Source: an uncultured Verrucomicrobiae bacterium (GTDB lineage: Bacteria; Verrucomicrobiota; Verrucomicrobiia; Chthoniobacterales; UBA10450). From it: a stretch of DNA of 64,000 nucleotides. The stretch is taken from positions 352,001 through 416,000 of the forward strand of contig CAVSDR010000003.1 of the NCBI GenBank assembly GCA_963726745.1, given 5' to 3'. The position numbers were made by a program, and so were the translations under genes. Under the pieces are notes generated by a model. That model was not told where the DNA came from. It saw only the letters and a list, made by a program, of their open reading frames with translations, and did no database searches. Shown piece after piece: positions 28,453 through 38,530 of this stretch. Every line of letters starts with the position of its first letter. Position 1 is the stretch's first letter.

Positions 28453-31107
28453 ATGCGTTGCTTCCGTTTAGCCGGCATCTTCTTGCTCTCGTTAGGCCTT
28501 TCGCTCCATGCGGAAGAGCCGTTCGACTTCGCAAAAACCCCCGGCAAGCTCCCGAAAGGGGTCGTGCCGCGGGAATACGCCGTTCGCATCGCGCCCAATC
28601 TCAAGGCGCTCACTTTTCTGGGCGAGGAAACCATCCAGCTCGAAGTTCGCCAGCCGGCACGTGAGTTGATCCTAAACGCGCACGAGATCGAGGTGGCGAG
28701 CGCGGCGGTTGACGGCGAGGCCGTCGCGGCGGACGCGCTCAAGCTCGACCCGCAAGCGCAGACGCTCACGATCTCGCTGCCTCGCGAACTGCCGGCCGGT
28801 GCGCACAAGCTCGCGCTAAAGTTTAGCGGCAAGATCAACGCCAGCGGCCAGGGCCTTTACCATGCGCCCTACACGGAGACCGGCAGCGGCGCGAAGAAGG
28901 ATATGCTCGGGACGCAGTTCGAGGCGACGGACGCACGCCGAATGTTTCCCTGCTGGGACGAGCCGAGCTTTCGCGCGCGCTTCCAGCTGACCGCCGTCAT
29001 CCCGTCGAATTGGAAAGCCTTCTCGAACATGCCCGTGGAGCACGAAGCCACGACCCCGGCGGGCAAGGAGGTCCGCTTCGCCATGACTCCGCCGATGGCC
29101 TCCTACCTGAACGTCCTTTGCGCCGGCGAGCTTGACTCGATCGAGAAGCAGCAAGGTGAGGTCCTGCATCGCGTCGTCGCGACCAAAGGGAAGGCTGCGC
29201 TCGGTCAATATGCGCTCGCGAGCGCGCAACAAATCGTCGGCTATTACAACGACTACTTCGGCGTCCCCTTCCCTTTGCCGAAGCTGGACGAGATCGCGGT
29301 GCCCGGCGGTTTTGGCGGCGCGATGGAAAATTGGGGCGGCATCACCTATTTCGAGAGCGCGCTGCTCTACGATCCCGAAACCTCGTCGAGTGCGACGAAA
29401 AAAGGAATCTACGCGGTCGTGGCCCACGAAATCGCGCACCAGTGGTTTGGCGACCTTGTGACCATGGCTTGGTGGGACAATCTCTGGCTTAACGAAGGCT
29501 TTGCCTCGTGGATGGGGAGCAAGTGCACCGCGAAATTCAATCCCGACTGGGAGGTCTGGCTGGCGAGCGATGCGCCGCGCGACCCGACGCGGCGGCGCGG
29601 CATCCCGAAGGAAACGGCGATGGAAGGCGATGCCCGCTCAACCACTCATCCGATCCAGCAGGAGATCAAGACCGAGGCTGATGCCAGCGGTGCCTTTGAC
29701 GACATCACCTACAAGAAAGGCCAGTCCTTCCTGCGCATGCTCGAGAGTTTCCTCGGCGAAGATGTTTTCCGGGCCGGCATTCGCCAATACATGGCGCAGC
29801 ATCAGTATTCCAACACGACCACGGCGGATCTCTGGCGCGCGCTGGGCGACGCTTCCGGCAAGCCGGTGGTCGAGATCGCGGCCGAGTGGACGCAGCAGCC
29901 CGGCTTTCCGCTGGTAAAAGTCGCGCGCGGAACAGACGGCAAGATCACCCTTACGCAGGAGCGCTTCACGGTGAACTTCGCGAACCCGCCTGCGCTCCAA
30001 TGGAAGATTCCGTTGACCTACAAAGTCGCCGGCACAGACGCGCCGGTGAGCCTCTTGATGAGCGACCAAACCCTCCAGCTCCCCGAGGTGCCGGACGCCC
30101 GCGCGATCAAGTTGAACGTCGAAGGCACCGGCAACTACCGGGTGCAATACGACGACCGCTCCTGGGAACTGTTGCTCGCGCAGTTGCCAAACATGAGCAG
30201 CCCGGACCGGGTGAATTTACTCAGCGACACCTGGGCCCTGGTGCAGGCGGAACGCGCGCCGCTGGCACAGTATTTCGCGCTGATCGAGAAACTGCCGACG
30301 CGGACCGAACTGGCGGAACAGGAGCAGATCATCACCGCTTTTGGTTTCATCGATGGTCTGGTCGCAGGACAGCCGGCGCAGGACCGATTCGAGGAATACG
30401 CCCGCTCCGTCTTGCACCCGGCCTTTGCCCAGCTCGGCTGGGAAGCGCGCCCGGATGAGAGCAGCCGCGCGACGACGCTGCGCGCCAGCTTGGTGAGCGC
30501 GCTGGCTCTTTTTAACGACCCGGAAATCATCGCCGGCTGCAACGAGCGTTTCCGCGCTTTTCTGAAACAACCGAAGTCGCTCTCGCCCGACCTGCGCGGA
30601 CCAGTCTTGAACGTTGTCGGCCGTTATGCCGATGAGAAGACGTGGAACGAACTGCACGCCCGCGGCCTGCGCGCGACCAGCCTGGAGCAGAAGCAGGATT
30701 ATTTCGGCGCGCTCGCCGAGGCCCAGGATCCACAGCTTGCGCAGAAGGCGCTGGCCCTGGCTTTGACCGACGAACTGCCGACGAGCCGCGCGCTTTCGCT
30801 CGTGCCGCGAGTGGCGCGGAGCGGTCATCCCGAGCTTGCGTGGAAGTTTGCCCGCGCGCACATGCCGGAGCTGCTGAAGAAAGCGGATGCGCTGGCGGCA
30901 AACAGTTTTGCGCCCAGCCTCTTCACCTTCTTCTCCGATGAGGCGATGGTCGGGGAACTGAAGAGCTATGCGCAGCAGAAGTTGTCGCCTGATTCCGCCA
31001 AGCCGGTGGAAAAAGCCGTCGACGAAATGACTTTTCGCGCACGTTTCAAGGAACGATTGCTCGCGCAACTCGCCCAGGCGCCGGCCTTGAAAGCGGCCCG
31101 CGACTAG
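28453..31107 (+). CDS. M1 family aminopeptidase with ERAP1-like C-terminal domain, secreted
   Basis: TQFEATDARRMFPCWDEP, GAMENWG, HEIAHQWFG...LWLNEGFA, YKKG. Confidence 0.95.
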   Translation: MRCFRLAGIFLLSLGLSLHAEEPFDFAKTPGKLPKGVVPREYAVRIAPNLKALTFLGEETIQLEVRQPARELILNAHEIEVASAAVDGEAVAADALKLDPQAQTLTISLPRELPAGAHKLALKFSGKINASGQGLYHAPYTETGSGAKKDMLGTQFEATDARRMFPCWDEPSFRARFQLTAVIPSNWKAFSNMPVEHEATTPAGKEVRFAMTPPMASYLNVLCAGELDSIEKQQGEVLHRVVATKGKAALGQYALASAQQIVGYYNDYFGVPFPLPKLDEIAVPGGFGGAMENWGGITYFESALLYDPETSSSATKKGIYAVVAHEIAHQWFGDLVTMAWWDNLWLNEGFASWMGSKCTAKFNPDWEVWLASDAPRDPTRRRGIPKETAMEGDARSTTHPIQQEIKTEADASGAFDDITYKKGQSFLRMLESFLGEDVFRAGIRQYMAQHQYSNTTTADLWRALGDASGKPVVEIAAEWTQQPGFPLVKVARGTDGKITLTQERFTVNFANPPALQWKIPLTYKVAGTDAPVSLLMSDQTLQLPEVPDARAIKLNVEGTGNYRVQYDDRSWELLLAQLPNMSSPDRVNLLSDTWALVQAERAPLAQYFALIEKLPTRTELAEQEQIITAFGFIDGLVAGQPAQDRFEEYARSVLHPAFAQLGWEARPDESSRATTLRASLVSALALFNDPEIIAGCNERFRAFLKQPKSLSPDLRGPVLNVVGRYADEKTWNELHARGLRATSLEQKQDYFGALAEAQDPQLAQKALALALTDELPTSRALSLVPRVARSGHPELAWKFARAHMPELLKKADALAANSFAPSLFTFFSDEAMVGELKSYAQQKLSPDSAKPVEKAVDEMTFRARFKERLLAQLAQAPALKAARD

Positions 31108-31817
31108 AGCACCGGAGGCCGCGGAGCCTCGTCTTCCTGAGCCTGCAAGGCATTGGCATGCCGCCAGCCGGCGACCGCCTGGCTGAGGAGGAAGAACGCG
31201 AGCAGCGCCAGCCAAATCGAGCCGCTGAAAACTCCGTAGGCGGCAAAAAGTCCGCCGCCGATCAAACCAACCACACTGGCGATGCGCAGGCTCTTGATCG
31301 GCCCCAACGGATACCACAGGAGCGAGCGCAGGATTTGCCCGCCATCGAGCGGGTAAACGGGCAGCAGGTTGAAGAACAGGATGACGATGTTGATGTAGCC
31401 GATCATCGTCACCAACCGGAAGAGGTCGGGCGACTGGAACATCATCCCCGAGCGCCAAAGAAAAAGACGCACGAGGTAAAGCACCGGGATGAGGGCGACA
31501 TTTACCAGCGGCCCCGCGGCAATGCTCCAAAGCTGCGCGCCCGGACGCTGTGGCGGATTCACGAACGCGACCCCGCCGAAAGGCCAGAGGAGGATGCGAT
31601 CCGCCGAGCCGCCGACTGAGCGACAGGCGGTCGCGTGGCCGTACTCGTGCAGGAGGACGATGCAGAAAAGGGCGAGGTATTCGTAGACCGGGAAAAGGCG
31701 CGACTGATAGGCATTGGGCCGCGAAGTGAGCTGGTAGATCGCGACCAGGAACCAGCTGAAGTGCAGGTAAACGGTGATGCCCGCGGCGCGGAAGAGACGG
31801 ATGGAACCGGATTGCAT
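31104..31817 (-). CDS. Site-2 protease (M50 family)
   Basis: HEYGH, AAGPLVN, FNLLPVYPLDGG; multiple TM segments. Confidence 0.92.
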   Translation of the reverse strand: MQSGSIRLFRAAGITVYLHFSWFLVAIYQLTSRPNAYQSRLFPVYEYLALFCIVLLHEYGHATACRSVGGSADRILLWPFGGVAFVNPPQRPGAQLWSIAAGPLVNVALIPVLYLVRLFLWRSGMMFQSPDLFRLVTMIGYINIVILFFNLLPVYPLDGGQILRSLLWYPLGPIKSLRIASVVGLIGGGLFAAYGVFSGSIWLALLAFFLLSQAVAGWRHANALQAQEDEAPRPPVL

Positions 31818-31889
31818 GAAAGGGACGGCTAGAGTCTCATCCCGCGCTCAAAAGACAACCGGGCGCGCCCCCGCCGAAAGTCCAAGGCG

Positions 31890-32372
31890 CTAGAGCGTCT
31901 CTTCCTTCGCGTCGTCTCGCGGCAGGAGCAGCCGCATCGGCATCATCGAGCTTTCGCGGAAGCCGTGGCGCTTAAAGAGCGCCTGCGAGCGAAGCTCAGG
32001 GCGATCGGTCAGGAGAGTGATGCGAAGGAAATTCTTCTGGCGCGCGAACTCGATCGCATACTCCAGCAACTTTGAGCCGTAGCCCATGCCCTGGTATTTC
32101 TCGTGCACCACCAGGTCCTCCAGCGTGATCACAAAACCGCCCTCAGCCGTGCTGATGGTGAAGAGCAGGTTGATCATCCCCACGATCGCTTTGTCGTGCC
32201 GCAGCACGAAAACGCGGCCGCGATTCGGCTGCTCAAAAATGAGGCGCAGCCCGCGGAGTTGCTTCTGCTTGTCCGGGCAGAAATCGCTCTCGGCCTGGAA
32301 AAGCTCACCCAAAAGATCAGACAGCTCGTCCAAGTCTTCGAAGGTGGCCGGTTCGATCGCGACTTCGCTCAT
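31890..32372 (-). CDS. GNAT family N-acetyltransferase
   Basis: LEDLVVHEKYQGMGYGSKLL motif A, ITLLTD. Confidence 0.88.
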   Translation of the reverse strand: MSEVAIEPATFEDLDELSDLLGELFQAESDFCPDKQKQLRGLRLIFEQPNRGRVFVLRHDKAIVGMINLLFTISTAEGGFVITLEDLVVHEKYQGMGYGSKLLEYAIEFARQKNFLRITLLTDRPELRSQALFKRHGFRESSMMPMRLLLPRDDAKEETL

Positions 32373-32479
32373 GTGCGGCTGGTTATTCCACAAAGCGGCA
32401 GGGGAGGCAATCGGCATCACCCCATACTACGGGTTTGCCTCCGGGGAGTTCGACGGAAAATTCCCCTACGCGGCGGCAA

Positions 32480-32507
32480 TTGACAAGCCGGAGGCAGCCT
32501 CTAAGGT
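32480..32507 (+). promoter_or_regulatory. Putative sigma70-type promoter for rpmH
   Basis: TTGACA (32480-32485), 16-nt spacer, TAAGGT (32502-32507), 39 nt upstream of ATG. Confidence 0.5.
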
Positions 32508-32546
32508 AGCCGTCCTCGTTCGCCTCCGCGGCGACGATTTTGCCCT

Positions 32547-32720
32547 ATGAAACGCACTCTCCAACGCTCCAAACGGACCCGGAAACGTCAACACGGCTTC
32601 CGTGCCCGCATGAGCACCAAAGGCGGTCGCGCCTGCCTCGCCCGTCGTCGTCAACGCGGTCGTAAGCGGCTCCTGCCGAAGGGCGCTGAGGTGCAATACG
32701 CCCGCCACACGCAGGCGTAA
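32547..32720 (+). CDS. rpmH: 50S ribosomal protein L34 (57 aa, C-terminal extension)
   Basis: Manual translation [57 protein letters not shown]; missed by the ORF track. Confidence 0.93.
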   Translation: MKRTLQRSKRTRKRQHGFRARMSTKGGRACLARRRQRGRKRLLPKGAEVQYARHTQA

Positions 32721-32735
32721 GAGGCTTCTGCCTTC

Positions 32736-33818
32736 TCACCGCTGCAGCTCCTGCAGCGGCGCCGCGTAGCCGGTCAGCTCGAGGTAGCCTCGGCCTTGCA
32801 ACGGCTGCCCGCGGCTTGTCCCACGGACATCGATCGCCCCTTCCCAGTAGGCCAGCGGCAAGAGTGCGAGCTCCTGGTCCTCCAGCGTTGGCTGCACTTC
32901 CAGCGAGAGCTTTTCCGCGGGAATCTCCACCCGCCAACCGACCGGATATTTCGCCCCCGTCCGGCCACTCTTCCAGATTTTAGCCGGCAACATGGTGAAA
33001 TCGCCGGCCTGCAAATGCGTGGCGCTGCCGTCGGCTGCGATCAGCGTCCCGCTCGAGCTTGGATCCTCCGTCCCGTCCGCCAGCCGCATCCGGTAGAGCA
33101 TCAGCGCACGGCCGTCCTCGAGCTGCACCGAGAGCCAATCCCAGCCGACCTGCCCCGGCGCGAGCTGGTTCGTGGCCCATTCGTGGTCGAACCAACTCTC
33201 GCCCTGGAGCGCGTGCTTCCGTCCCTCGAGCATCAGCTCGCCGGCGGTCGCGAGACGCGGGAAGGAATAATAGTGCGAGGCGTGCCCGGGCTCAGCCGCC
33301 TTGGCGCTGACACCGTTTTCGCCATGGATCACCGGCGGCGTCGCCGGAGCAAGCTCGAGACGCAGGGCGGCAGCTTTCTCGAGCGTCGCCTCAACCACGA
33401 AACGGCCATTAGGCAGCAACTTCAGCGACCAGTCATCGATCCAGGCCAGGCGTTCGCCTTCATCGAACCCAGCCTCGCCGAATGCGCCGCGACTGGTCTT
33501 TTGCGTGAAGCGAAAACGCTTCCCGGCGACATCCGTGATCGTGAAGTGCGCAAACTTGAGATCCTCGACCAGGAAACGTGAGCGCCCGGACTGCCGTTCG
33601 TTAGGCGGCAAGATGCCCTGGCGGAAAAAGGTCAGCTCGTAGCCAAAACGCGCGCCGTTTTCATCGAAGAGGTTGCCGGTAAAATACCACCACTCGGTCT
33701 TGAACTCCGCGTGCGTCCGGTGATCGCGCGGAAACTCGTAGCTCCAACCCGGCTCGGCCGTTTGCCAATCCGCCGCCACGCAGCCAAGCGCAAGCAGCAG
33801 CGCGAGCACTCTATTCAT
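32736..33818 (-). CDS. AttH/CrtC-like lipocalin-fold secreted protein
   Basis: FPRDHRTHAEFKTEWWYFTGNL, SHYYSFPRL, WFDHEW, GWDW, YWEGAI, GRGYLELTGY. Confidence 0.88.
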   Translation of the reverse strand: MNRVLALLLALGCVAADWQTAEPGWSYEFPRDHRTHAEFKTEWWYFTGNLFDENGARFGYELTFFRQGILPPNERQSGRSRFLVEDLKFAHFTITDVAGKRFRFTQKTSRGAFGEAGFDEGERLAWIDDWSLKLLPNGRFVVEATLEKAAALRLELAPATPPVIHGENGVSAKAAEPGHASHYYSFPRLATAGELMLEGRKHALQGESWFDHEWATNQLAPGQVGWDWLSVQLEDGRALMLYRMRLADGTEDPSSSGTLIAADGSATHLQAGDFTMLPAKIWKSGRTGAKYPVGWRVEIPAEKLSLEVQPTLEDQELALLPLAYWEGAIDVRGTSRGQPLQGRGYLELTGYAAPLQELQR

Positions 33819-36368
33819 CGCGCAACGCCTCCGTGACCGGCAGTTTTCCAGCACGCCACGCCGGATAAATTCCCGCGAGCACTGCGGCGGCAATGATCCA
33901 GACCGGGGTAAATGCGAGCGAGCCGAGCGGAAAGGCCAGCTGAATCGTCCAGCCGAAAAACGCGCGATTGATCACGCCCGTCAGCACCACCGAGAGACAA
34001 AGCCCGGAAGCCAAACCGACCGCCGCCGCGAGCAGCCCGATCATCCCCGATTCCCAGAGGAGCAGCCGCCGCAGTTGCCCCACGCTTCCGCCGAGCGCGC
34101 GGAGCACGCCCAGCTCGCGTGAGCGTTCCGCGATCAAGGTTGTGAGCGTGAGCGCAATTCCAACGACCGCGACCAACACAGCGATCGTGCGGAGCACATA
34201 AGTGACCGCGAAAGTTTGGTCGAAAATCTCAAAAATGCGCACCCGCAGCTCGCGATTAGACAGCACCATGAACTGCCCGCTGCGGCTGAAACGCGCGCGA
34301 AATTCCTTCGCGAGCGCTTCCGGCGATGCCTCCGGGCGAAGGTAAATCGCCAGGCTGTTGATCCGATCGTCTTTCCAAAAGCGCTTGAAGTTGTCCGCGC
34401 TCAAATAGACGACGCCCTGATCGCGCGTGTAATCGTAGAACGTGCCCGCGATTGGAAATTTTCGCGGCCCTTCCGGGGTCAGGAGCTCCAGAATCTCGCC
34501 GTCGCGCACCCGGTTGCGCCGGGCGAAACTTTCGGAAACCAGGACCACCTGCTCATGCGCGAAGCGCTGCATGATCGCGGCCGCGTCGCCTTGCAGGAAG
34601 CGCAGCCGGCGTTGCGCTCCCCCGCGGATGACCGCCACCGCAATCGATTTTTCCCCTAACGAGAGGTTGATCTCGCGAAAAGAATCGACCGACTGGACCG
34701 CCGGATGGCTTTCGAAAAACTGCGTCACCTCCGGCGGGATGAACGAGGTCGGCCCGACGATCTCGTTTGAGGCCGGGGCAATGAAGAGATCGGCCAGCAG
34801 CGTCTGCTCGATCCAGGAGCCAACCGTCTGGCGGAAGGAGTAAACCATCACGCTTACCCCAATGGCCATGGCCACAGCCGCGGCCAGGGCGGCGATCGTG
34901 ACCGAGTTGCGCACGAGCGCGCGGCCGATATTGGCCGCGGCCAGGCTGGGCTCAATCGAGCCGCGCAGCCCGCGGCTCGCGAGCCGGCTAAACCGGAGCG
35001 CCACCTCCGGCACCAGGAAGGAAAAGCCGAGCAGGACAAAGAAGGCCGCGCCAAAACCAATCCACGGCGGCGCCACCGTGAGCGCGCCTAACGAGCATAA
35101 AATAGCCAGCAAGATGGAACGAGCCCAGCCCAGCGCCAGCGCGGGGAAAGCTGCGCCGCTTGCTCGATCATCGTCCCGGCCCGGAGCGCGCGCACCGGAT
35201 CCATCTTCGCGGCCGCGGCCGCAGGCAGCCAGGCCGCCAGCAGCACCGAGAACAAGCCCAAGGCGGCAGCGCCCGCGAACATTCCCGGGGAAAGCGCGAC
35301 CGCACGCACACTCAGGAGCACGTAGAGCGAGGAAATCGTCTGCGCCACCGTCCCTACCAGCATCTGCGCCAGGGCCACGCCGCCCAGCAAACCCGCGAGC
35401 ACGCCCACGCTGCCGAGCACCAGTGCTTCGCCCAGGAAAAGAAAGCGCACCTCGCCGCGGGTCACGCCTAACGAGCGCAGAATTCCGATCTCGCTCCGGC
35501 GCCGCACGACCGAGGCGGAGACGGTGTTGTAGATCAAAAACATTCCCACCAGGAGCGAGACCAGGCTCATCGCGGTGAGATTAAGCTGGAAACCAGCCAG
35601 CATTTTCCCCACCTGCTCCCCACGCTGCGCCGGCGCCGCGACGTTCACTTCCGGCGGCAAGAGGTCGCGCAACTCCGCCAGCACCGCCTCGCGTTCCGCT
35701 CCCGGCGCGAGCTGCAGTTGGATCGAGCTGAGCTGGCCGCGCCGGGCGAAAAGCTCCTGCGCCCAGCCCAGGTCCATCGCCGCGAAGTGCACATCCGGCG
35801 CGCTCAAGCCGCTGCCGCGAAGAATGAATCCAACCCGCAGCTCGTGCTCCGCCCCATTCACTTGCACGCGCAAGCGGTCGCCGGTTTTCAAGCCGCGTTC
35901 TTCGGCGAAACTCTGCGTGACCGCGAGCGCCTGCGCGTCCCCCAGCCAGCGCTGCACATCGAATTGCTTCGCCGCGGCGAAGTCGTTCAGCTCGAAGGTG
36001 CGGAAGCTTTCATTCGTGAAAACGTCCACCCCGAGGACCTGAAGATATTCTCCCGGGAAATCCGGCAAGGTGAGCAGCCCGCGGACGACGGGCGTGGCCG
36101 CGCGAATCCCCCGCGCCCCCGAAATTGCCGGCAAAATTTCCTCCGGCACGCCATTCGCCCCGCTGATCACCAAGTCCGCCTTGCCGGCGACCACGTCGAT
36201 GGTCGCGGCGAAGGCACGGCTGGCACTGTGATTGGCGATTTGAATCGCGAGATAAACCGCCACGCCCAAGGCCACGCTCAGGACATTCAAGAGCGCGAGC
36301 AGCCGATGCCGCGCGAGGTAGCGCAGCACATGCCAGCGAAAGAGATGGAGGTAACACGCGCTCACCAA
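33811..36368 (-). CDS. FtsX-like ABC permease (AttF/G-type, double domain); 1-nt indel near 35119
   Basis: ORFs 35088..36368 and 33811..35112 are the two halves: [29 protein letters not shown]...[20 protein letters not shown]...[22 protein letters not shown]. Confidence 0.88.
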
Positions 36369-36544
36369 AGAAATATCGCCAGCAGTAAACCTCCCGCCTG
36401 TTTTAGCCAGCGCTTTGACTATACGAGCAGGCTGCGTCCGCAGATGAAAGCGCTGGCAAACGAGCGCGAAATTGCCGTTGCATCACCAGCCTTCCAACGC
36501 AAAATACCTGCTCCCGCGAAAGGCCCAATTTCCCGGGAACTTTC

Positions 36545-36616
<72 letters not shown>

Positions 36617-36718
36617 CTTCCTCCTTCAGCTCGAAGAGCTTTTCTGCGACAACTCCCGTAAGCAGAAGCCCGGTTGAATAATGGGTGGTTGTGGACGAGG
36701 GAAAATCTCTTCCGCACC

Positions 36719-38530
36719 ATGGACCCATCCAGTCAGCCTCCGCTCGACATTAACGAGCTCATCGCTCGCATCCGGGAAGAGGCCGACCGCCGCACGGCCG
36801 CGGCGAATTTCCTCGGCGCCGCCGGGCAGGCTCGACTGCCGGCACTGCGCGTTCTCCCACGACCGCCATCGGTGACCTGGCGCCGCACGGTTGATCCGAA
36901 AAAAGAGCGCCTGGAGGCGTTGCTGCAAATTGCCCGGGAGAAAAACGATGGACCTGCGGGCACGCCGAAGATGTTCCGCGGACTGACGCGGCGACAAGGA
37001 AGTTACAACCGGGCCTTGATCGATGCCCTCGGCCTTCTGACCAAAAGCAACCTGCAGTTGAACAAGCAGGTGCGGGAGTTAACCGAATCCTTCGACGCGC
37101 AGGCGCGTTGGCTGGACGCGCTGGTCGACCACGAGCGCAGCGACCGCGCCTGGATGCAGGCCGCGGGCACCATCCTCGGCGGCGTTAGTCACCTGGCCGC
37201 GGAGGTGCGTTCCCTGCGGGATCTTCGCGACCGATTGGATGAGCTGGAGGAGCGCCTCCAAGCCGCCGAGGACGCAACGGCGGCAGAACGCGCGCGGAGC
37301 GAGCACAGCACGGCGGCCTTGGAGGAAGTGCGTTCGGCGCTGCAGAAATTGCCGGCTGAAGGGAAACGGCAAACCGGGGAACTGGAAGCGCGGATCGCCA
37401 GCCTTGCGGCCTCGTGGGCCGGCGAGCTCAAAGGATTAGACGACCGGCTGACGAGCGCGGCCCAGAGCCACCGGAGCCAACAAGCGGAGCAACAGAGCGA
37501 GGTGCGCAAATTGATCGAGGTGCAGGCGGCCCAGCTCGCGGCCCTCCAGAAAGCCCAGGCTGAGCTGGCCACGGAAGGACGGCAGAAATCAAGCGCGTTG
37601 GAATCGGCTCAAGGGGAACTCGGGACAAAGCTGGAGCAGCGCCTGACGGAATTCGCGGAACTCGCGCATTCGCTGCGCACGACTCAGGAGAGATTGCAGG
37701 ATGCGTTGGTGCGCAATGAAGAGCGGCAACTAAGCGACGCGGCCTTCATTAAAGCCCAGCTTTCCTACCAGATGCTGCGCCTGGAGGAGAATTCGCCCAC
37801 GGCGAGCGAAAGCACCGACGACACCCCCACGGCGCTCACTTCGTCGCCCTCCGAAACCGCATCGCTTGATGCCTTGTATTTCGCTTTCGAAAACCGTTTC
37901 CGGGGCGAGCGACAGGATGTGAAGGAACGGCTCACGGTTTACCTGCCGTTTCTCCGCGAGCGTGGTATCACCGGCGAGCACGGTCGCGTGATCGACCTGG
38001 GATGCGGCCGGGGCGAATGGCTCGAGCTGCTCCGCGAGCACGAGGTCCGCAACCTGGCCGGGGTCGATCTGAATGAGGTCATGGTGCAGCAATGCCGCAT
38101 GCGTGATTTGGAAGTCACCCGGGAGGATTGCGTGGAAGCGTTGCGCGCCCAGAGCGAAGGATCCTGTGAATTAATCACCGCTTTCCACCTGGTGGAGCAT
38201 TTGCCGCTTAAGGTGCTCATGGCTTTCCTAGGCCAAATTCATCACACCCTCCGTCCCGGCGGTCTTTTGATTTTGGAAACCCCCAACCCGCGAAACATTC
38301 TCGTGGGAGCGAGCGATTTTTATCGCGACATGACTCACCGAAATCCGATCCATCCAGACACGCTCTCTTTTGTGCTGGAAACCCTCGGCTTCCAAGCAGT
38401 CAAAGTGTTCTTTCTCGCCGATGCCGAGGGGGCGCGGACTGCGGTGCCGCAGGAGGAGTTCCGTTTCGATAATCTTTCATCCTACGTGGATGTGCCGCGA
38501 GACTTTGCCGTGCTGGCCTCGAAGGCGTGA
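36719..38530 (+). CDS. Coiled-coil protein with C-terminal class I SAM methyltransferase (glycan-capping type)
   Basis: Long heptad-rich E/Q/L/A region; LYFAFENRFRG, VIDLGCGRGEWLELL, FHLVEHL, LRPGGLLILETPNP, D.TH..P. Confidence 0.8.
   Translation: MDPSSQPPLDINELIARIREEADRRTAAANFLGAAGQARLPALRVLPRPPSVTWRRTVDPKKERLEALLQIAREKNDGPAGTPKMFRGLTRRQGSYNRALIDALGLLTKSNLQLNKQVRELTESFDAQARWLDALVDHERSDRAWMQAAGTILGGVSHLAAEVRSLRDLRDRLDELEERLQAAEDATAAERARSEHSTAALEEVRSALQKLPAEGKRQTGELEARIASLAASWAGELKGLDDRLTSAAQSHRSQQAEQQSEVRKLIEVQAAQLAALQKAQAELATEGRQKSSALESAQGELGTKLEQRLTEFAELAHSLRTTQERLQDALVRNEERQLSDAAFIKAQLSYQMLRLEENSPTASESTDDTPTALTSSPSETASLDALYFAFENRFRGERQDVKERLTVYLPFLRERGITGEHGRVIDLGCGRGEWLELLREHEVRNLAGVDLNEVMVQQCRMRDLEVTREDCVEALRAQSEGSCELITAFHLVEHLPLKVLMAFLGQIHHTLRPGGLLILETPNPRNILVGASDFYRDMTHRNPIHPDTLSFVLETLGFQAVKVFFLADAEGARTAVPQEEFRFDNLSSYVDVPRDFAVLASKA

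Noticed and set aside
32739..32759. 9-bp inverted repeat CCGCTGCAG-ctc-CTGCAGCGG downstream of rpmH
   Set aside because: Lies within the last codons of the AttH-like CDS and has no U-tract; cannot be supported as a terminator
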